A stretch of 64,000 bases of DNA. It comes from an uncultured Chloroflexia bacterium (GTDB taxonomy: Bacteria > Chloroflexota > Limnocylindria > Limnocylindrales > CSP1-4). The translations under genes and the position numbers were made by a program. Positions 1-9,751 of the stretch are shown piece by piece (position 1 is the first letter of the stretch; each line of letters starts with the position of its first letter). Under the pieces are notes generated by a model. The model saw only the letters and a program-made list of their open reading frames with translations, did not search any database and was not told where the DNA came from. The stretch is from positions 1,312,001 to 1,376,000 of the forward strand of contig CAWFXA010000002.1 of assembly GCA_963819655.1 (NCBI GenBank), given 5' to 3'.

Positions 1-349
1 ACACGATGGTTCCGGGCGCGGACAGGTCGCTCGGCACCTCGACGACCGCGTTGATCGATTCCTCTGTCAGGGCCGCATCCGCGGACGCGGCGCTATCGAA
101 TGGGACGACCACGACGGCGCGTTCCAGCTGTTCGGCCGTGGCCCTGATCGCGAGCTCCAAGCCAGGGGGTGTCGGCTCCACGACCCCGATCCGGGTGGTC
201 TCCTCGTCGCCGAACAGCAGTGTTGGCACGATGAACGACCCGACGACGAGGACCGTCGTGAACAGCACGGAGAAGACGAAGCCACGGCTGCGGCCACGCT
301 CGAGGATCTCGCGCTTGGCGACGAGCCAGACGCTTCGCCAGCGGCTCAT
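1..349 (-). CDS. ABC-2 transporter permease, 5' part (truncated by window edge)
   Basis: Manual translation MSRWRSVWLVAKREILERGRSRGFVFSVLFTTVLVVGSFIVP; ATGA overlap with the upstream ATPase stop. Confidence 0.8.
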   Translation of the reverse strand, partial: MSRWRSVWLVAKREILERGRSRGFVFSVLFTTVLVVGSFIVPTLLFGDEETTRIGVVEPTPPGLELAIRATAEQLERAVVVVPFDSAASADAALTEESINAVVEVPSDLSAPGTIV

Positions 350-1269
350 CGGTCCGCCTCCGGAACCGGGGTCGCGGCGGTCGGCGTGACCGCCTCCATG
401 AACAGCTCCGACAGCTTGGGCGGCTGGTAGGCGAACGCGCGCACGTCACCGGCGGCACGCGCTCGCGCAAGCATCGCTTCGAGATCGACGTCATCCGCCA
501 CCAGCAGCTTCACGCGATCGCCATCGCGCTCCAGGACCGTGAGCGAACCGTCGCCATCGAGCCACGCGCCGTCGGACCCGACGACCTCGACCTCGAGGTG
601 ACGGCGGCCCGAGCGCGACTTCAGCTCATCGATCGCGCCCGCGGCGACGATCCTGCCCCGGGCGATGATGACCACGTCTTCGCAGACGTCCTCGACAAGG
701 TCGAGCTGGTGGCTCGAGAACAGCACGCCGACTCCGGCGGCAGCCCGCTCGTGCACGACCTCGGTCATCGTGGCGATGCCGATCGGGTCGAGCCCGGAAA
801 AGGGCTCATCGAGGACGAGCAGCTCCGGTTCGTGGGCGAGTGCCACGGCCAGCTGGATGCGCTGCTGGTTGCCGTGGGACAGCTCTTCCAGCTTCGACTT
901 GGCGCGGTCGCCGAGACCCATCCGGTCGAGCCAGCGCGCGGCGGCAGCATCGGCGTCGCGGGCGCGCATCCCGTGCTGCTGCGCGAAGTAGCTCATCTGC
1001 TCGCCGACCCGCATCCGCGGATAGAGGCCGCGCTGTTCGGGCATGTAGCCGAAGCGGAGACGGGCCTCTCGATCGACCGGCTCGCCCTTCCAGCGGACCG
1101 TGCCGCGATCGGGTCGGGCGAGCCCGAAGATGCAGCGCATCGTCGTGGTCTTGCCGGCGCCATTCGGTCCGAGGAAGCCGACGACCCGCCCGGGTCGCGC
1201 GGTGAAGGTCGCGCCGTCGAGCGCCACGACCGGCCCGTAGCGCTTCGCCAGATCATCGATCTCGAGCAT
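346..1269 (-). CDS. ABC transporter ATP-binding protein
   Basis: Walker A GPNGAGKTT, LSHGNQQR signature variant, Walker B LLVLDEP. Confidence 0.95.
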   Translation of the reverse strand: MLEIDDLAKRYGPVVALDGATFTARPGRVVGFLGPNGAGKTTTMRCIFGLARPDRGTVRWKGEPVDREARLRFGYMPEQRGLYPRMRVGEQMSYFAQQHGMRARDADAAAARWLDRMGLGDRAKSKLEELSHGNQQRIQLAVALAHEPELLVLDEPFSGLDPIGIATMTEVVHERAAAGVGVLFSSHQLDLVEDVCEDVVIIARGRIVAAGAIDELKSRSGRRHLEVEVVGSDGAWLDGDGSLTVLERDGDRVKLLVADDVDLEAMLARARAAGDVRAFAYQPPKLSELFMEAVTPTAATPVPEADR

Positions 1270-1477
1270 GTGTCTCCCGGTGATCGTCGGTACGGCCTCG
1301 CTGAGCGCGACCGTGACGCGCGATTTGGCGGCGAAGCGTGACCGATTGGCCTCCTCGGCGCAATCGCGCGACTGATAACGCGGGACGGGCGCCAGCCAGC
1401 CGGAATGACTGGCTTGGACCCGAAAACGTGTCTGTCAGGCGCGCCCGCGTCACAGCCGCTCGAACCGCGGCGCGCGG

Positions 1478-1879
1478 CTACTCGGCGGCCAGCGTGCCGG
1501 TCATGTTCGGATGGACCTCGCACCAGAACGTGTACGAGCCCGCGGGGAGTGCCGGTACGGCGTTCGTCACCTTCTTGGACGAGACGATCTCACCCTTGAA
1601 CACCGTTGCGCCGGCCGCGTCCTTGATGGCGATGTTGTGCGGTTCGGACTCCTGGTTGTCGAGCACGATCTCGGTCGGGGTGTCGGCCTTGATCGACAGC
1701 GTGGTGGGCGAGAACGCGATGTCCTTCGCCACGACGACGATGCCGCTGCCGGCCGATGCCGAGGCGCCCGGGCTTCCTGGGGCCACCGAGGCCGGGGCCG
1801 GCGTCGAGCCGCCACCGGAACAGGCGACGGTGAGGACGGCGATGCCGGCGAGCGCCGCAGCCTGGAGGAAACGCTTCAT
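1478..1879 (-). CDS. Cupredoxin-domain lipoprotein
   Basis: Lipobox TVAC; PHN and C-EVH-PNM type-1 copper ligands; AAGGAG RBS before ATG 1879. Confidence 0.85.
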   Translation of the reverse strand: MKRFLQAAALAGIAVLTVACSGGGSTPAPASVAPGSPGASASAGSGIVVVAKDIAFSPTTLSIKADTPTEIVLDNQESEPHNIAIKDAAGATVFKGEIVSSKKVTNAVPALPAGSYTFWCEVHPNMTGTLAAE

Positions 1880-2088
1880 GCGGGACTCCTTCGGGCCAAG
1901 GTCAAGCCGCGTCACGTGGACGCGGCTCGATCCCGGGGTATCGATCGGTGATGCGCGCTAACGGTAGCGCGGATCGCGGATCCTAGGCCTCGTCGCCAGC
2001 AGCCCAACGCCCGCGCCGGCTCGGCACCAGGAGCCGATGTGACCGACCCAGCCGCGATCCGGCGGCCTACGGTCAACCGCGCCAGCCG

Positions 2089-2485
2089 TTCTCATCATTT
2101 GCTCGTCCCAGCAGCACGGGACACGGTCGGCGCTCTGATGGGGGCACCAGGTAGGCCTCACGGAGCCTGATCGAGGGGTTTCCTCATCAGGTGTCAGCCT
2201 GGCCGAGCATTTGGCAAGAAAGTCGTCATCCGCTGCTGCCCTGACGCACATATGGGAAGAAATCTGGGGCGCAACGCCCAGCCGGCCCCCGCCCGGGCCC
2301 ACCCCGCCGCGGTTTCTGCCATTTGCTCACCACACGAGCACTCGTCACGGAGGGTCCGTTGAATGGCCCCGTCCCGGGCCGGGGAGGCCATCCACGCGCC
2401 GATTTCTTGCCATTTGCGCCACCAGCTGAGCATGTGACGAGGAAGTTCTCGACCAATGCTCGCCTGGGTGGACATCTGGCAAAGA
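2089..2485. repeat. Cluster of degenerate ~40-bp palindromic intergenic repeats (family A)
   Basis: Arms like TTCTYGNCAWWTGCTC-N7-9-GAGCAWWTGNCRAGAA at about 2179-2220, 2313-2351, 2403-2444 and 2446-2485. Confidence 0.65.
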
Positions 2486-2562
2486 TCCGGGCGCGCGAGC
2501 CGGTGGGGCGCCAGCCGGTGGAGCGCGGACCCGAGGTCCGCCCGCCGCGCGAACCCGGAACG

Positions 2563-3792
2563 CTAGTCGACCGCGATCACCCGGTACGTGACGCTCCCGC
2601 GGGGGGTCTGGATCAAGACCTCGTCACCGGCCTTCGCGCCGACCAGGCCGCGCCCCACGGGTGACACCGCCGACAGCCTGCCCGCCGACGGATCGGACTC
2701 GGCCGAGCCCACGAGCGTGTACGTGACCTCCGACCCGTCGATCTCCACCTTCACGGTCGACCCGATGTCCGCCCCGGAGCCGAGGCCTGGCACCTCGGCG
2801 ATGACCGCGTCGCGCAGTCGGGCCTCGAGCGCCTGGATGCGCCCCTCCAGGAAGGACTGCTCCTCCCGCGCCGCCGTGTAATCGGCGTTTTCCTTGAGAT
2901 CGCCGAGCTCCTTGGCCGTTCGGATCCGAGCGATCACCTCGGGACGTCGGACGTCGGTGAGTTCGGTCAGCTCGGCGCGCATGCGAGCCGCCCCGCTCGC
3001 GGTCAGCCGCCCGTCCGGCGCCGAGCCTTTCACCGGAGCGGGCCCCGCTGGGGACGATGCCGCGCTGGTCGGCGTCGCAACCGTCGCCACGGTCGCCACC
3101 TTCCCGCCTCCACTCCTGGACCGTGCCTTCCGTTCAGGCGGTTCGCCACGCGCTCCCTCGGCATCGCCATCGGGCAGTACGACGACGCGGGTCGGCGGTA
3201 GGGCGGGCTCCTGGACATCCGGCAGCAGCGAGCCGGCCAGACCCGAGGCGCGGCGCTCGCCCGTCGGCCGTCGCAGGTTTGCGAACGGCAGCACGACCGA
3301 CGGATCGTGGAGCGCAGCGACCTCGTCGGCCGGCACGCTCGCCGCGAAGACGTTGAGCAGCGCGTCCTCGTACTCCTCCGCGGCATCGGTCGCGGCCCAC
3401 CAGACCCGCATCGGTACCGAGGCCCGGAACGTGTGTAGCCAGTGTCCGCCCGAGTGGGGCCGGCGGTCGCCGAGCACCGTGCTCTGGAGCGCCGCGACGC
3501 GCCGGCCGATCGATGTCGTCGCCCCGACGTACAACACGACCTGGGACGGCAGCCAGAACTGGCCGAGCCGTGTGGCCACCGCACGCGAGCTGGGTCGGAC
3601 GCCATCAAGCGTCAGTGATGGGACGCGCTCGACCCACTTGCCGACGCGGGTCAGCTCGATCGGTGCCCGGGGCAGCGGTTCGCGCAGCTCGACGACGAAG
3701 ATGCCGGGCGCGCGGGCGGGAACCGGTCGGCCCCAGACGGTGGGGCCATCGGGCAGCAGCCCGACCTCGCGCAGCAGCTCGGCGGCGTTCAC
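2563..3792 (-). CDS. greA: GreA/GreB transcription factor fused to an N-terminal GIY-YIG-like domain
   Basis: C-terminal GDLKENADY and SAVSPVGRGL GreA motifs; N-terminal ~190 aa with GIF..YVG..R..E..N pattern. Confidence 0.8.
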   Translation of the reverse strand: MNAAELLREVGLLPDGPTVWGRPVPARAPGIFVVELREPLPRAPIELTRVGKWVERVPSLTLDGVRPSSRAVATRLGQFWLPSQVVLYVGATTSIGRRVAALQSTVLGDRRPHSGGHWLHTFRASVPMRVWWAATDAAEEYEDALLNVFAASVPADEVAALHDPSVVLPFANLRRPTGERRASGLAGSLLPDVQEPALPPTRVVVLPDGDAEGARGEPPERKARSRSGGGKVATVATVATPTSAASSPAGPAPVKGSAPDGRLTASGAARMRAELTELTDVRRPEVIARIRTAKELGDLKENADYTAAREEQSFLEGRIQALEARLRDAVIAEVPGLGSGADIGSTVKVEIDGSEVTYTLVGSAESDPSAGRLSAVSPVGRGLVGAKAGDEVLIQTPRGSVTYRVIAVD

Positions 3793-3863
3793 GATCGCGG
3801 ACCACGGGAGCGGGGCACCCGGGGATGGTACCCGTCGGGGCTCCGCGGTATGGTGCGCGCTGC

Positions 3864-5393
3864 ATGGCCGCGTCCCGGGCGCGCCGGGCGGGGGTCCGGC
3901 ATGCCTTCCTCATCGTCCCCATCGCCGTTGCCGCAGCAGTCGGAACCGTGACTCTCGGTCCGATCCTGGCGACCCAGCGCGCCCCTGACCTGATCGGCGC
4001 CCTGATACCGGCGCCGACCGCGTCGCCGACCCCGATCCCGAGCCCGACGACCGCCCCCAGCCCGAGCCCGACCGCAACAGCATCGCCGGCACCGACCGCG
4101 ACCGCCACGCCACCGCCGATGCCGGCGAGCGCCACCGCGCTCCCGAGCGCGATGCCGTCAGGAGCCTCCCCTTCGTCCGCACCCAGCTCTCCGGCCGCCT
4201 CTGCACCGGCGGCCTCCGCACCGGCCGCGACCTCGCCCAGCCCGGGACCCGTGGCCGGCGCGCCGCCGACGGCCGAGCCGCCGATATCGATCACCCGACC
4301 ACGTTTGGCGCCGGCCACCCGCCTCGCGCTGCAGGCGCGCCTCGATCGACTGCGCGAGCGATACGCGATCCCGGGCATCTCGGTCGCGATCGAACTGCCC
4401 GACGGATCCACATGGCTCGGCGTCAGCGGGATGGCCGACGTCGCGGCCGAAACGCCGGTGACACGTTCGACGTCCTTCGCGATCGCGAGCGTCAGCAAGA
4501 CATTCACAGCCGCGCTGATCCTGGCCCTTGCCGAGGACGGCCGGATCGATCTCGACGCTCCGGTCCGGCGGTACCTGCCGGCCCTGAAGAAGATCTCGGT
4601 CAAAGTCAAGGTTCGCCACCTGCTCGATCACACGAGCGGGCTACGCGACTACTTCTTCCACGCGTCCATCGACAAGCTGCTGCTCTCCCGCCCGGACCGC
4701 CGGTGGGATGCGACACAGGCGATGAAGTACGTCGGCAAGGCCTACTTCGAGGCGGGCAAGGGATGGCACTACTCGAACACGAATTACCTGGTCCTCGGGA
4801 TGCTCGCCGAGGCCGTCGGCGAGGCCACACTGGCCGACCAGGTGCGGGCGCGGTTCCTTCGACCGCTCGATCTGGACCACACCTGGTATCAGCCGGAGGA
4901 CAAGGCTCCGGCCGACGTCGCTCACGGCTACCGCTTCGCGTCCTCGGCCCGGACGGCGCCCGCCATCGACCTGTCGGATGGCACTCCGCTCGTGCCGTTC
5001 ACCTCGGTCGTCACCGCGGCCGGCGGCGCCGGCGGCTTCGCGGCGAGCGCGAACGACCTCGCGCATTGGGCGCACGCTCTGTTCGGAGGTGAGGTCCTCA
5101 CGCCCGGCTATCTCGAGGCCATGGTCGACGTGGCGGGAACGGCGGCCGTCAAATCGGCGATCCCGTACGGCTACGGCGTACAGGCGATCGAGATCGACGG
5201 GAGACGAACGGTCGGTCACTCGGGCCGTCTGCTCGGCTTCAGGTCTGCGGTGCGCTATCTCCCCGATCAGGGTGTCTCGATCGCCGTGCTGACAAACCAG
5301 AGCCGGACCGATCCTGGCCCGATCCTGCGCTCGCTGCTCCGACTGGCTCTCACTCCGGTCGATGATCCATGTCGCTGCCGGGAGCACCGCTGA
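3864..5393 (+). CDS. Secreted serine hydrolase (beta-lactamase class C / PBP family) with Pro/Ala-rich linker
   Basis: SVSK, YSN and GHSG motifs, LLDHTSG; N-terminal hydrophobic segment. Confidence 0.9.
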   Translation: MAASRARRAGVRHAFLIVPIAVAAAVGTVTLGPILATQRAPDLIGALIPAPTASPTPIPSPTTAPSPSPTATASPAPTATATPPPMPASATALPSAMPSGASPSSAPSSPAASAPAASAPAATSPSPGPVAGAPPTAEPPISITRPRLAPATRLALQARLDRLRERYAIPGISVAIELPDGSTWLGVSGMADVAAETPVTRSTSFAIASVSKTFTAALILALAEDGRIDLDAPVRRYLPALKKISVKVKVRHLLDHTSGLRDYFFHASIDKLLLSRPDRRWDATQAMKYVGKAYFEAGKGWHYSNTNYLVLGMLAEAVGEATLADQVRARFLRPLDLDHTWYQPEDKAPADVAHGYRFASSARTAPAIDLSDGTPLVPFTSVVTAAGGAGGFAASANDLAHWAHALFGGEVLTPGYLEAMVDVAGTAAVKSAIPYGYGVQAIEIDGRRTVGHSGRLLGFRSAVRYLPDQGVSIAVLTNQSRTDPGPILRSLLRLALTPVDDPCRCREHR

Positions 5394-5496
5394 CCGCCCG
5401 ACGGCCGGACCACCGGATCGAGCTCGCCGGTACGCATGGGCTACTTGTCGCGCGCGCGTGAGGGGCCCACGGTTGCCGAACGTTCTCGGGGGACGC

Positions 5497-6027
5497 ATGC
5501 CTATCCGTGTCGATGCCTACATGGCTGGTGGAGTGGCCAGCGGCGTGCTCGCGCGCGTCGGGACCCTTCGCGAGGTCCTCGAAGTGGACGGCGTCCTCGC
5601 GCTGGAGCGGGTCCATTGGCAACCCCTCCACGGTCAGCCCGGACCCGCGCCAAACATGACGATCCCGATCGACGACGTGCTGATCGCCGTCGCCGATGAC
5701 GACCCGACGATCGCCGTCCATGCGTCGTGGCACGGCATCCGGCTCGACGTCGGTCCGTACACGATCGAGGGCGAGATGCCCACGATGCCGGGGTTCGATC
5801 CCGGTCGTGCCCTCACCCGACCGACCGGCGAGTTCGTCCTGCTCAAGGACGTCAGCATCGGACCACGCACCGATGTGGCGCCGGCGTCGGAGCTCACGCC
5901 TGTCGGCCACCACGCGCTCGTCAACCGCTACGTGGTCGAAAGCGTCGCCTGCGACCTGATGCTCGGGTTCTTCTTCCCGGGCGCGACCATCATCCAGGCC
6001 GACGTCGCCGAGTCCAGCGCGACCTGA
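5497..6027 (+). CDS. Hypothetical protein
   Basis: GC3-biased ORF with GGGGGA RBS; no recognised motif. Confidence 0.7.
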   Translation: MPIRVDAYMAGGVASGVLARVGTLREVLEVDGVLALERVHWQPLHGQPGPAPNMTIPIDDVLIAVADDDPTIAVHASWHGIRLDVGPYTIEGEMPTMPGFDPGRALTRPTGEFVLLKDVSIGPRTDVAPASELTPVGHHALVNRYVVESVACDLMLGFFFPGATIIQADVAESSAT

Positions 6028-6028
6028 C

Positions 6029-7354
6029 CTAGCGGCGGTCCCGGGCTCCGGATCGCTCTGCGCGCCGGCCGTCACGCGGTGCACCTGAGACACCGGCGCC
6101 CGATCGCTGTCGGACGGGCTTTCGATGCGCATGGTGATCGCGACCGACCCGCGCGTGACCGGCCCGCATCCCGAGCGGCCGCGGCTCGGCGGAGCGATCG
6201 GGCACGAAGCCCTCCTCGACCGTCCACGGGATCGCTCTCTTCAGCATCCGCTGGATGCCGCGCAGCAGATCGACCTCGTCGATGCAGACCAGGCTGATCG
6301 CCTCGCCCGAGGCGCCCGCACGGCCGGTCCGGCCGATGCGATGGATGTAGTCCTGCGGGTTCCACGGCAGCTCGAAATTGACGACTACCGGGAGGTCCTC
6401 GATATCGAGACCTCGCGCCGCCACATCGGTGGCGACCAGGACCCGGATGTCGCCCGACTTGAAGCCCTCGAGCGCCCGGGTGCGTTCCGGCTGCGAGCGA
6501 TCGCTGTGGATCGCGACCGCATCGAGACCGTCGCGGTCAAGGCGTGAGGCGAGGCGTGATGCCGCGAGCTTGGTGCGCGTGAAGACGAGGACCTGGTGGA
6601 GGTCGTCGGCCCGGATGAGGTGGGCCAGCAGCTCCTCCTTGCGGTCGCGGTCGACCGGGTAGACGAGCTGATTGACGGCCTCGGCTGCCGTGTTGCGGGG
6701 CATGACCTCGACGGTCTCCGGGTCGCGCAGGATCGTCCCGGACAGGCGCCGGATGTCCTCCGAGAACGTCGCCGAGAACATCAGGTTCTGGCGGCGCTTC
6801 GGCAGGAGCTCGATGATCCGCTGGATATCGGGCAGGAAGCCCATGTCCAGCATGCGGTCGGCTTCATCGAGCACGAGCACTTCGACCTGGCCGAGATTGG
6901 CCACGCGTTGCCCGACGAGGTCGAGCAGCCGCCCGGGCGTGGCCGTGAGGATCTCGACACCGGCGCGCAGCGCCTTGATCTGCGGATCCATCGGGATGCC
7001 GCCGTAGACGACCGCGGAGCGCAACGGGACGGTCCGCCCGTACGTCCGCACGGACTCGTCGACCTGCATCGCGAGCTCGCGCGTCGGGACGAGGATCAGG
7101 ACGCGCACGGGGTGGCGCGCGGGTGAGAACGAATTGTTTGCGTGGCCGCGGAGTCGATCGAGGATCGGCAGGGTGAATGCGGCGGTCTTGCCGGTGCCGG
7201 TCTGGGCGGCGGCGAGGACGTCGCGGCCCTGGAGGACGAAGGGGATGGCGGCTGCCTGGACCGGTGTCGGGGTCGTATAGCCCTCGGCGGCCACGGTCGC
7301 GAGCAGATCGGCCGAAAGGCCGAGCGAGTCGAAGGTCAAATGTTGCTCCTGCAT
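6029..7354 (-). CDS. rhlE: DEAD-box RNA helicase (RhlE-like)
   Basis: Q motif, AQTGTGKT, PTRELA, TPGRL, DEAD, SAT, HRIGRTGR; basic C-tail. Confidence 0.93.
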   Translation of the reverse strand: MQEQHLTFDSLGLSADLLATVAAEGYTTPTPVQAAAIPFVLQGRDVLAAAQTGTGKTAAFTLPILDRLRGHANNSFSPARHPVRVLILVPTRELAMQVDESVRTYGRTVPLRSAVVYGGIPMDPQIKALRAGVEILTATPGRLLDLVGQRVANLGQVEVLVLDEADRMLDMGFLPDIQRIIELLPKRRQNLMFSATFSEDIRRLSGTILRDPETVEVMPRNTAAEAVNQLVYPVDRDRKEELLAHLIRADDLHQVLVFTRTKLAASRLASRLDRDGLDAVAIHSDRSQPERTRALEGFKSGDIRVLVATDVAARGLDIEDLPVVVNFELPWNPQDYIHRIGRTGRAGASGEAISLVCIDEVDLLRGIQRMLKRAIPWTVEEGFVPDRSAEPRPLGMRAGHARVGRDHHAHRKPVRQRSGAGVSGAPRDGRRAERSGARDRR

Positions 7355-7594
7355 GGGTCCCGTGCCGTCGCGGGCGGGGATCCGCGGGAGCGCGACGGCG
7401 GTGCCGGCCGTGCGCGCGATCGCGCAGCCGCACGTCGGCCGCCCGGAGCATAGCCGATATCGAGGCGAGGCAGTCGCCGCACGGTCGTCGGTGCCTAGCC
7501 GGCGCGGTGCACCCGGGCACCGGAAACGTCGCGGCATCACCCTGTCGCGGGCGTCATGGGACCTCTGGCTGCAGACAACCCGGAGGTGCCACTG

Positions 7595-7624
7595 CCATAC
7601 TCCCAGTCGACCCCCACGCGTCAA
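7595..7624 (-). promoter_or_regulatory. Possible sigma70-type promoter of the helicase, giving a ~240-nt 5' UTR
   Basis: TTGACG at 7624-7619; weak -10 (GAGTAT or TATGGC). Confidence 0.35.
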
Positions 7625-7871
7625 CCCCGATAGACAGGCCCAACAGAAGACTCGCCGCCCCCCACGGCAGAAACCCTGTCACCCGTCGGGTATCGCACTC
7701 GACACCCGCGTTCCGGTTCATCCGGATCGTGGCCGCTATCGCTCCGCACGCTCACAGCGGATCGATCGCAAGCCGGCCTCATCCTCCCTCCGCGCTCCCC
7801 TGCCACGGGCGGCACCACTCACCGTCATCGCGTCCCCCACGCGATGTTCTGGCAGTGAGGAGGCAAGGACA

Positions 7872-8720
7872 TTGCCGGTTCGTCCCATCGGCGCCCAGCG
7901 GGCGTCCATCTCGCGCTCCCGGCGGATCTTCGTCGTCGGATTGCTGGCCGCCGTCGCCGGTAGCCTCGGCACCATGGCGGCGCCGCAGGAGACTCGCGCG
8001 GCGAGCATCAAGGTCGTCGTGGTCGTCGGACCGGCGGGGTCCAGTACGGCCAAGTACCGCGACAGTGCCCGCGTCTACGCCAACCTCGCCCGCTCCTATG
8101 GAGCGTCGGTCACCGAGCTCTACAGCCCGTACGCGACGTGGACGAGGGTCAGGTCCGCGGCACAAGGCGCGAACCTCCTCATCTATCTCGGCCATGGCAA
8201 CGGGTATCCCAGCCCGTACGGCTCGTTCCAGAAATACACCAAGGACGGGATGGGGCTGAACGCCACGTCCGGGAACGGCAACTCCAACACCAAATACTGG
8301 GGCGAGTACTACATCGATCGCTACATCCAGATGGCCCCCAACGCAGTGGTGATCCTCAATCGCCTCTGTTACGCGTCGGGCAACTCCGAGTGGGGTTCCG
8401 CCAACCCGACCAAGGCGACCGCCATCAAGCGTGTCGACAACTACGGCGCCGGGTTCCTGCGCACCGGCGCGAAGGTGGTCTTCGCCGAGGCGATCAACAG
8501 CGTGTCGCACCAGGTCCGGTCGCTGTTCACGACGAACTACTCGATGAACACGATCCTGATGACGCACCCGAGCGCCAGCAGCGCGCGCGACTTCTACTTC
8601 ACGTCGTCGCGTACGTACTGGGCGAAGGCCCATCTCGATCCGCCGCAGTCGGGGAAGTACTGGCGCGCGGCCATCGGCAATCTCAGTCTCACCGCAGCCC
8701 AGTGGCGAGCCGGCGGCTGA
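7872..8720 (+). CDS. Secreted protein, possible clan CD (caspase/gingipain-like) cysteine peptidase
   Basis: GAGGAGG RBS then TTG; signal peptide; IYLGHG and ILNRLCY His/Cys motifs. Confidence 0.6.
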   Translation: MPVRPIGAQRASISRSRRIFVVGLLAAVAGSLGTMAAPQETRAASIKVVVVVGPAGSSTAKYRDSARVYANLARSYGASVTELYSPYATWTRVRSAAQGANLLIYLGHGNGYPSPYGSFQKYTKDGMGLNATSGNGNSNTKYWGEYYIDRYIQMAPNAVVILNRLCYASGNSEWGSANPTKATAIKRVDNYGAGFLRTGAKVVFAEAINSVSHQVRSLFTTNYSMNTILMTHPSASSARDFYFTSSRTYWAKAHLDPPQSGKYWRAAIGNLSLTAAQWRAGG

Positions 8721-8833
8721 TGGTGGTGACGCGCTAACACCTTGAGGCCCGGCATCCGCCGGGCCTCATCGATTCGCGGCGAACGCCGGCGGCGCCGACG
8801 CGAGTCACACACCCAAGCCACTACCATGCCGTC

Positions 8834-9403
8834 ATGACCACGACGACCGATCGACTGCCGTTCACCGGTGACGACGAGGCCGACCGACTGCTCGTCGCCA
8901 GCCCGCTGGCCCTCCTGATCGGCTTCGCCCTGGACCAGCAGGTGACCGTCCAGAAGGCATTCAGCGGGCCGGCCGAGCTGCAGCGTCGCCTCGGACACCT
9001 TGACGCGGCCAAGATCGCGGCGACCGACCCAGCCAAACTCGACGCGGTCTTCCGCGAGCGACCCGCCCTGCACCGGTTCCCAGGCTCCATGGCCGGCAAG
9101 GTCCAGCAGCTCGCGGCAGCGGTCGCCCGCGACTACGACAACGATGCGAGCCTGATCTGGACCAAGGCCGTCGATGGCCGCGATCTCGAGCGACGTCTGC
9201 TCGGTCTGCCGGGCATCGGCGAGATGAAGGCGAAGAGCCTCATCGCGATCCTCGGCAAGCGACTCGGGGTCGACCTTCCGGGGATGGATGCCGTGATGCC
9301 GAAGCATCCGACCCTCGGCGATGTCGATTCCGCCGAGGCCCTGGCCGGATACCAGGCCGGCAAGCGGGCCCACAAGGCGTCGCTCCGCGCCGCCAAGGGC
9401 TGA
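8834..9403 (+). CDS. HhH-GPD-type base excision repair family protein
   Basis: LDQQV..KAF.GP, HRFPGSMA and LPGIGEMKAK helix-hairpin-helix; leaderless TACCAT-6nt-ATG. Confidence 0.85.
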   Translation: MTTTTDRLPFTGDDEADRLLVASPLALLIGFALDQQVTVQKAFSGPAELQRRLGHLDAAKIAATDPAKLDAVFRERPALHRFPGSMAGKVQQLAAAVARDYDNDASLIWTKAVDGRDLERRLLGLPGIGEMKAKSLIAILGKRLGVDLPGMDAVMPKHPTLGDVDSAEALAGYQAGKRAHKASLRAAKG

Positions 9404-9416
9404 CCCCCGGACACGA

Positions 9417-9445
9417 AACGACCCCGGTGGAGAGCCGGGGTCGTT
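9417..9445. terminator. Hairpin between convergent genes
   Basis: AACGACCCCGG-N7-CCGGGGTCGTT, 11-bp perfect stem. Confidence 0.7.
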
Positions 9446-9469
9446 CGCCTGCGCGGAGAGTTTCTATGG

Positions 9470-9619
9470 TCAGCGGCCGATGAGCCAGGGTCGTCGGTCT
9501 TGATCCCCGACCCCGGGCCGTGAGTCGGCGCCGAAGCGGATCGCCGTCACGGCGAGCGCGACGAACGGTCCGATGAAGATGATCGCCGCAAGGGCGCCCA
9601 TCGCGGAGTCGATGATCAT
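9470..9619 (-). CDS. 49-aa single-TM small protein (RxGxDSR motif)
   Basis: AAGGAAGG RBS; MIIDSAMGALAAIIFIGPFVALAVTAIRFGADSRPGVGDQDRRPWLIGR; paralog at 42750. Confidence 0.75.
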   Translation of the reverse strand: MIIDSAMGALAAIIFIGPFVALAVTAIRFGADSRPGVGDQDRRPWLIGR

Positions 9620-9641
9620 GTCCGTCGCCCTTCCTTTCCGG

Positions 9642-9751
9642 TCCAGTCGAACCAGTCCATCTGAGCATCCGGATTGACATTGGACTGATGTGGCGGCATA
9701 TTGGCACGCATGACGGACCAGTCCAATAGCCAATTCTCACCAAGTGGACTG
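9642..9751. promoter_or_regulatory. Divergent promoter/operator region of MocR-1
   Basis: TTGACA(9674)-17-CATATT(9697)-7-ATG; repeated TGGACTG/CAGTCCA boxes including an ATTGGACTG-N31-CAGTCCAAT inverted pair. Confidence 0.7.

Noticed and set aside
4010-4280. Low-complexity DNA repeats (also 50538-50600 and 33430-33540)
   Set aside because: Explained by Pro/Ala/Ser linkers and GGDFG protein repeats
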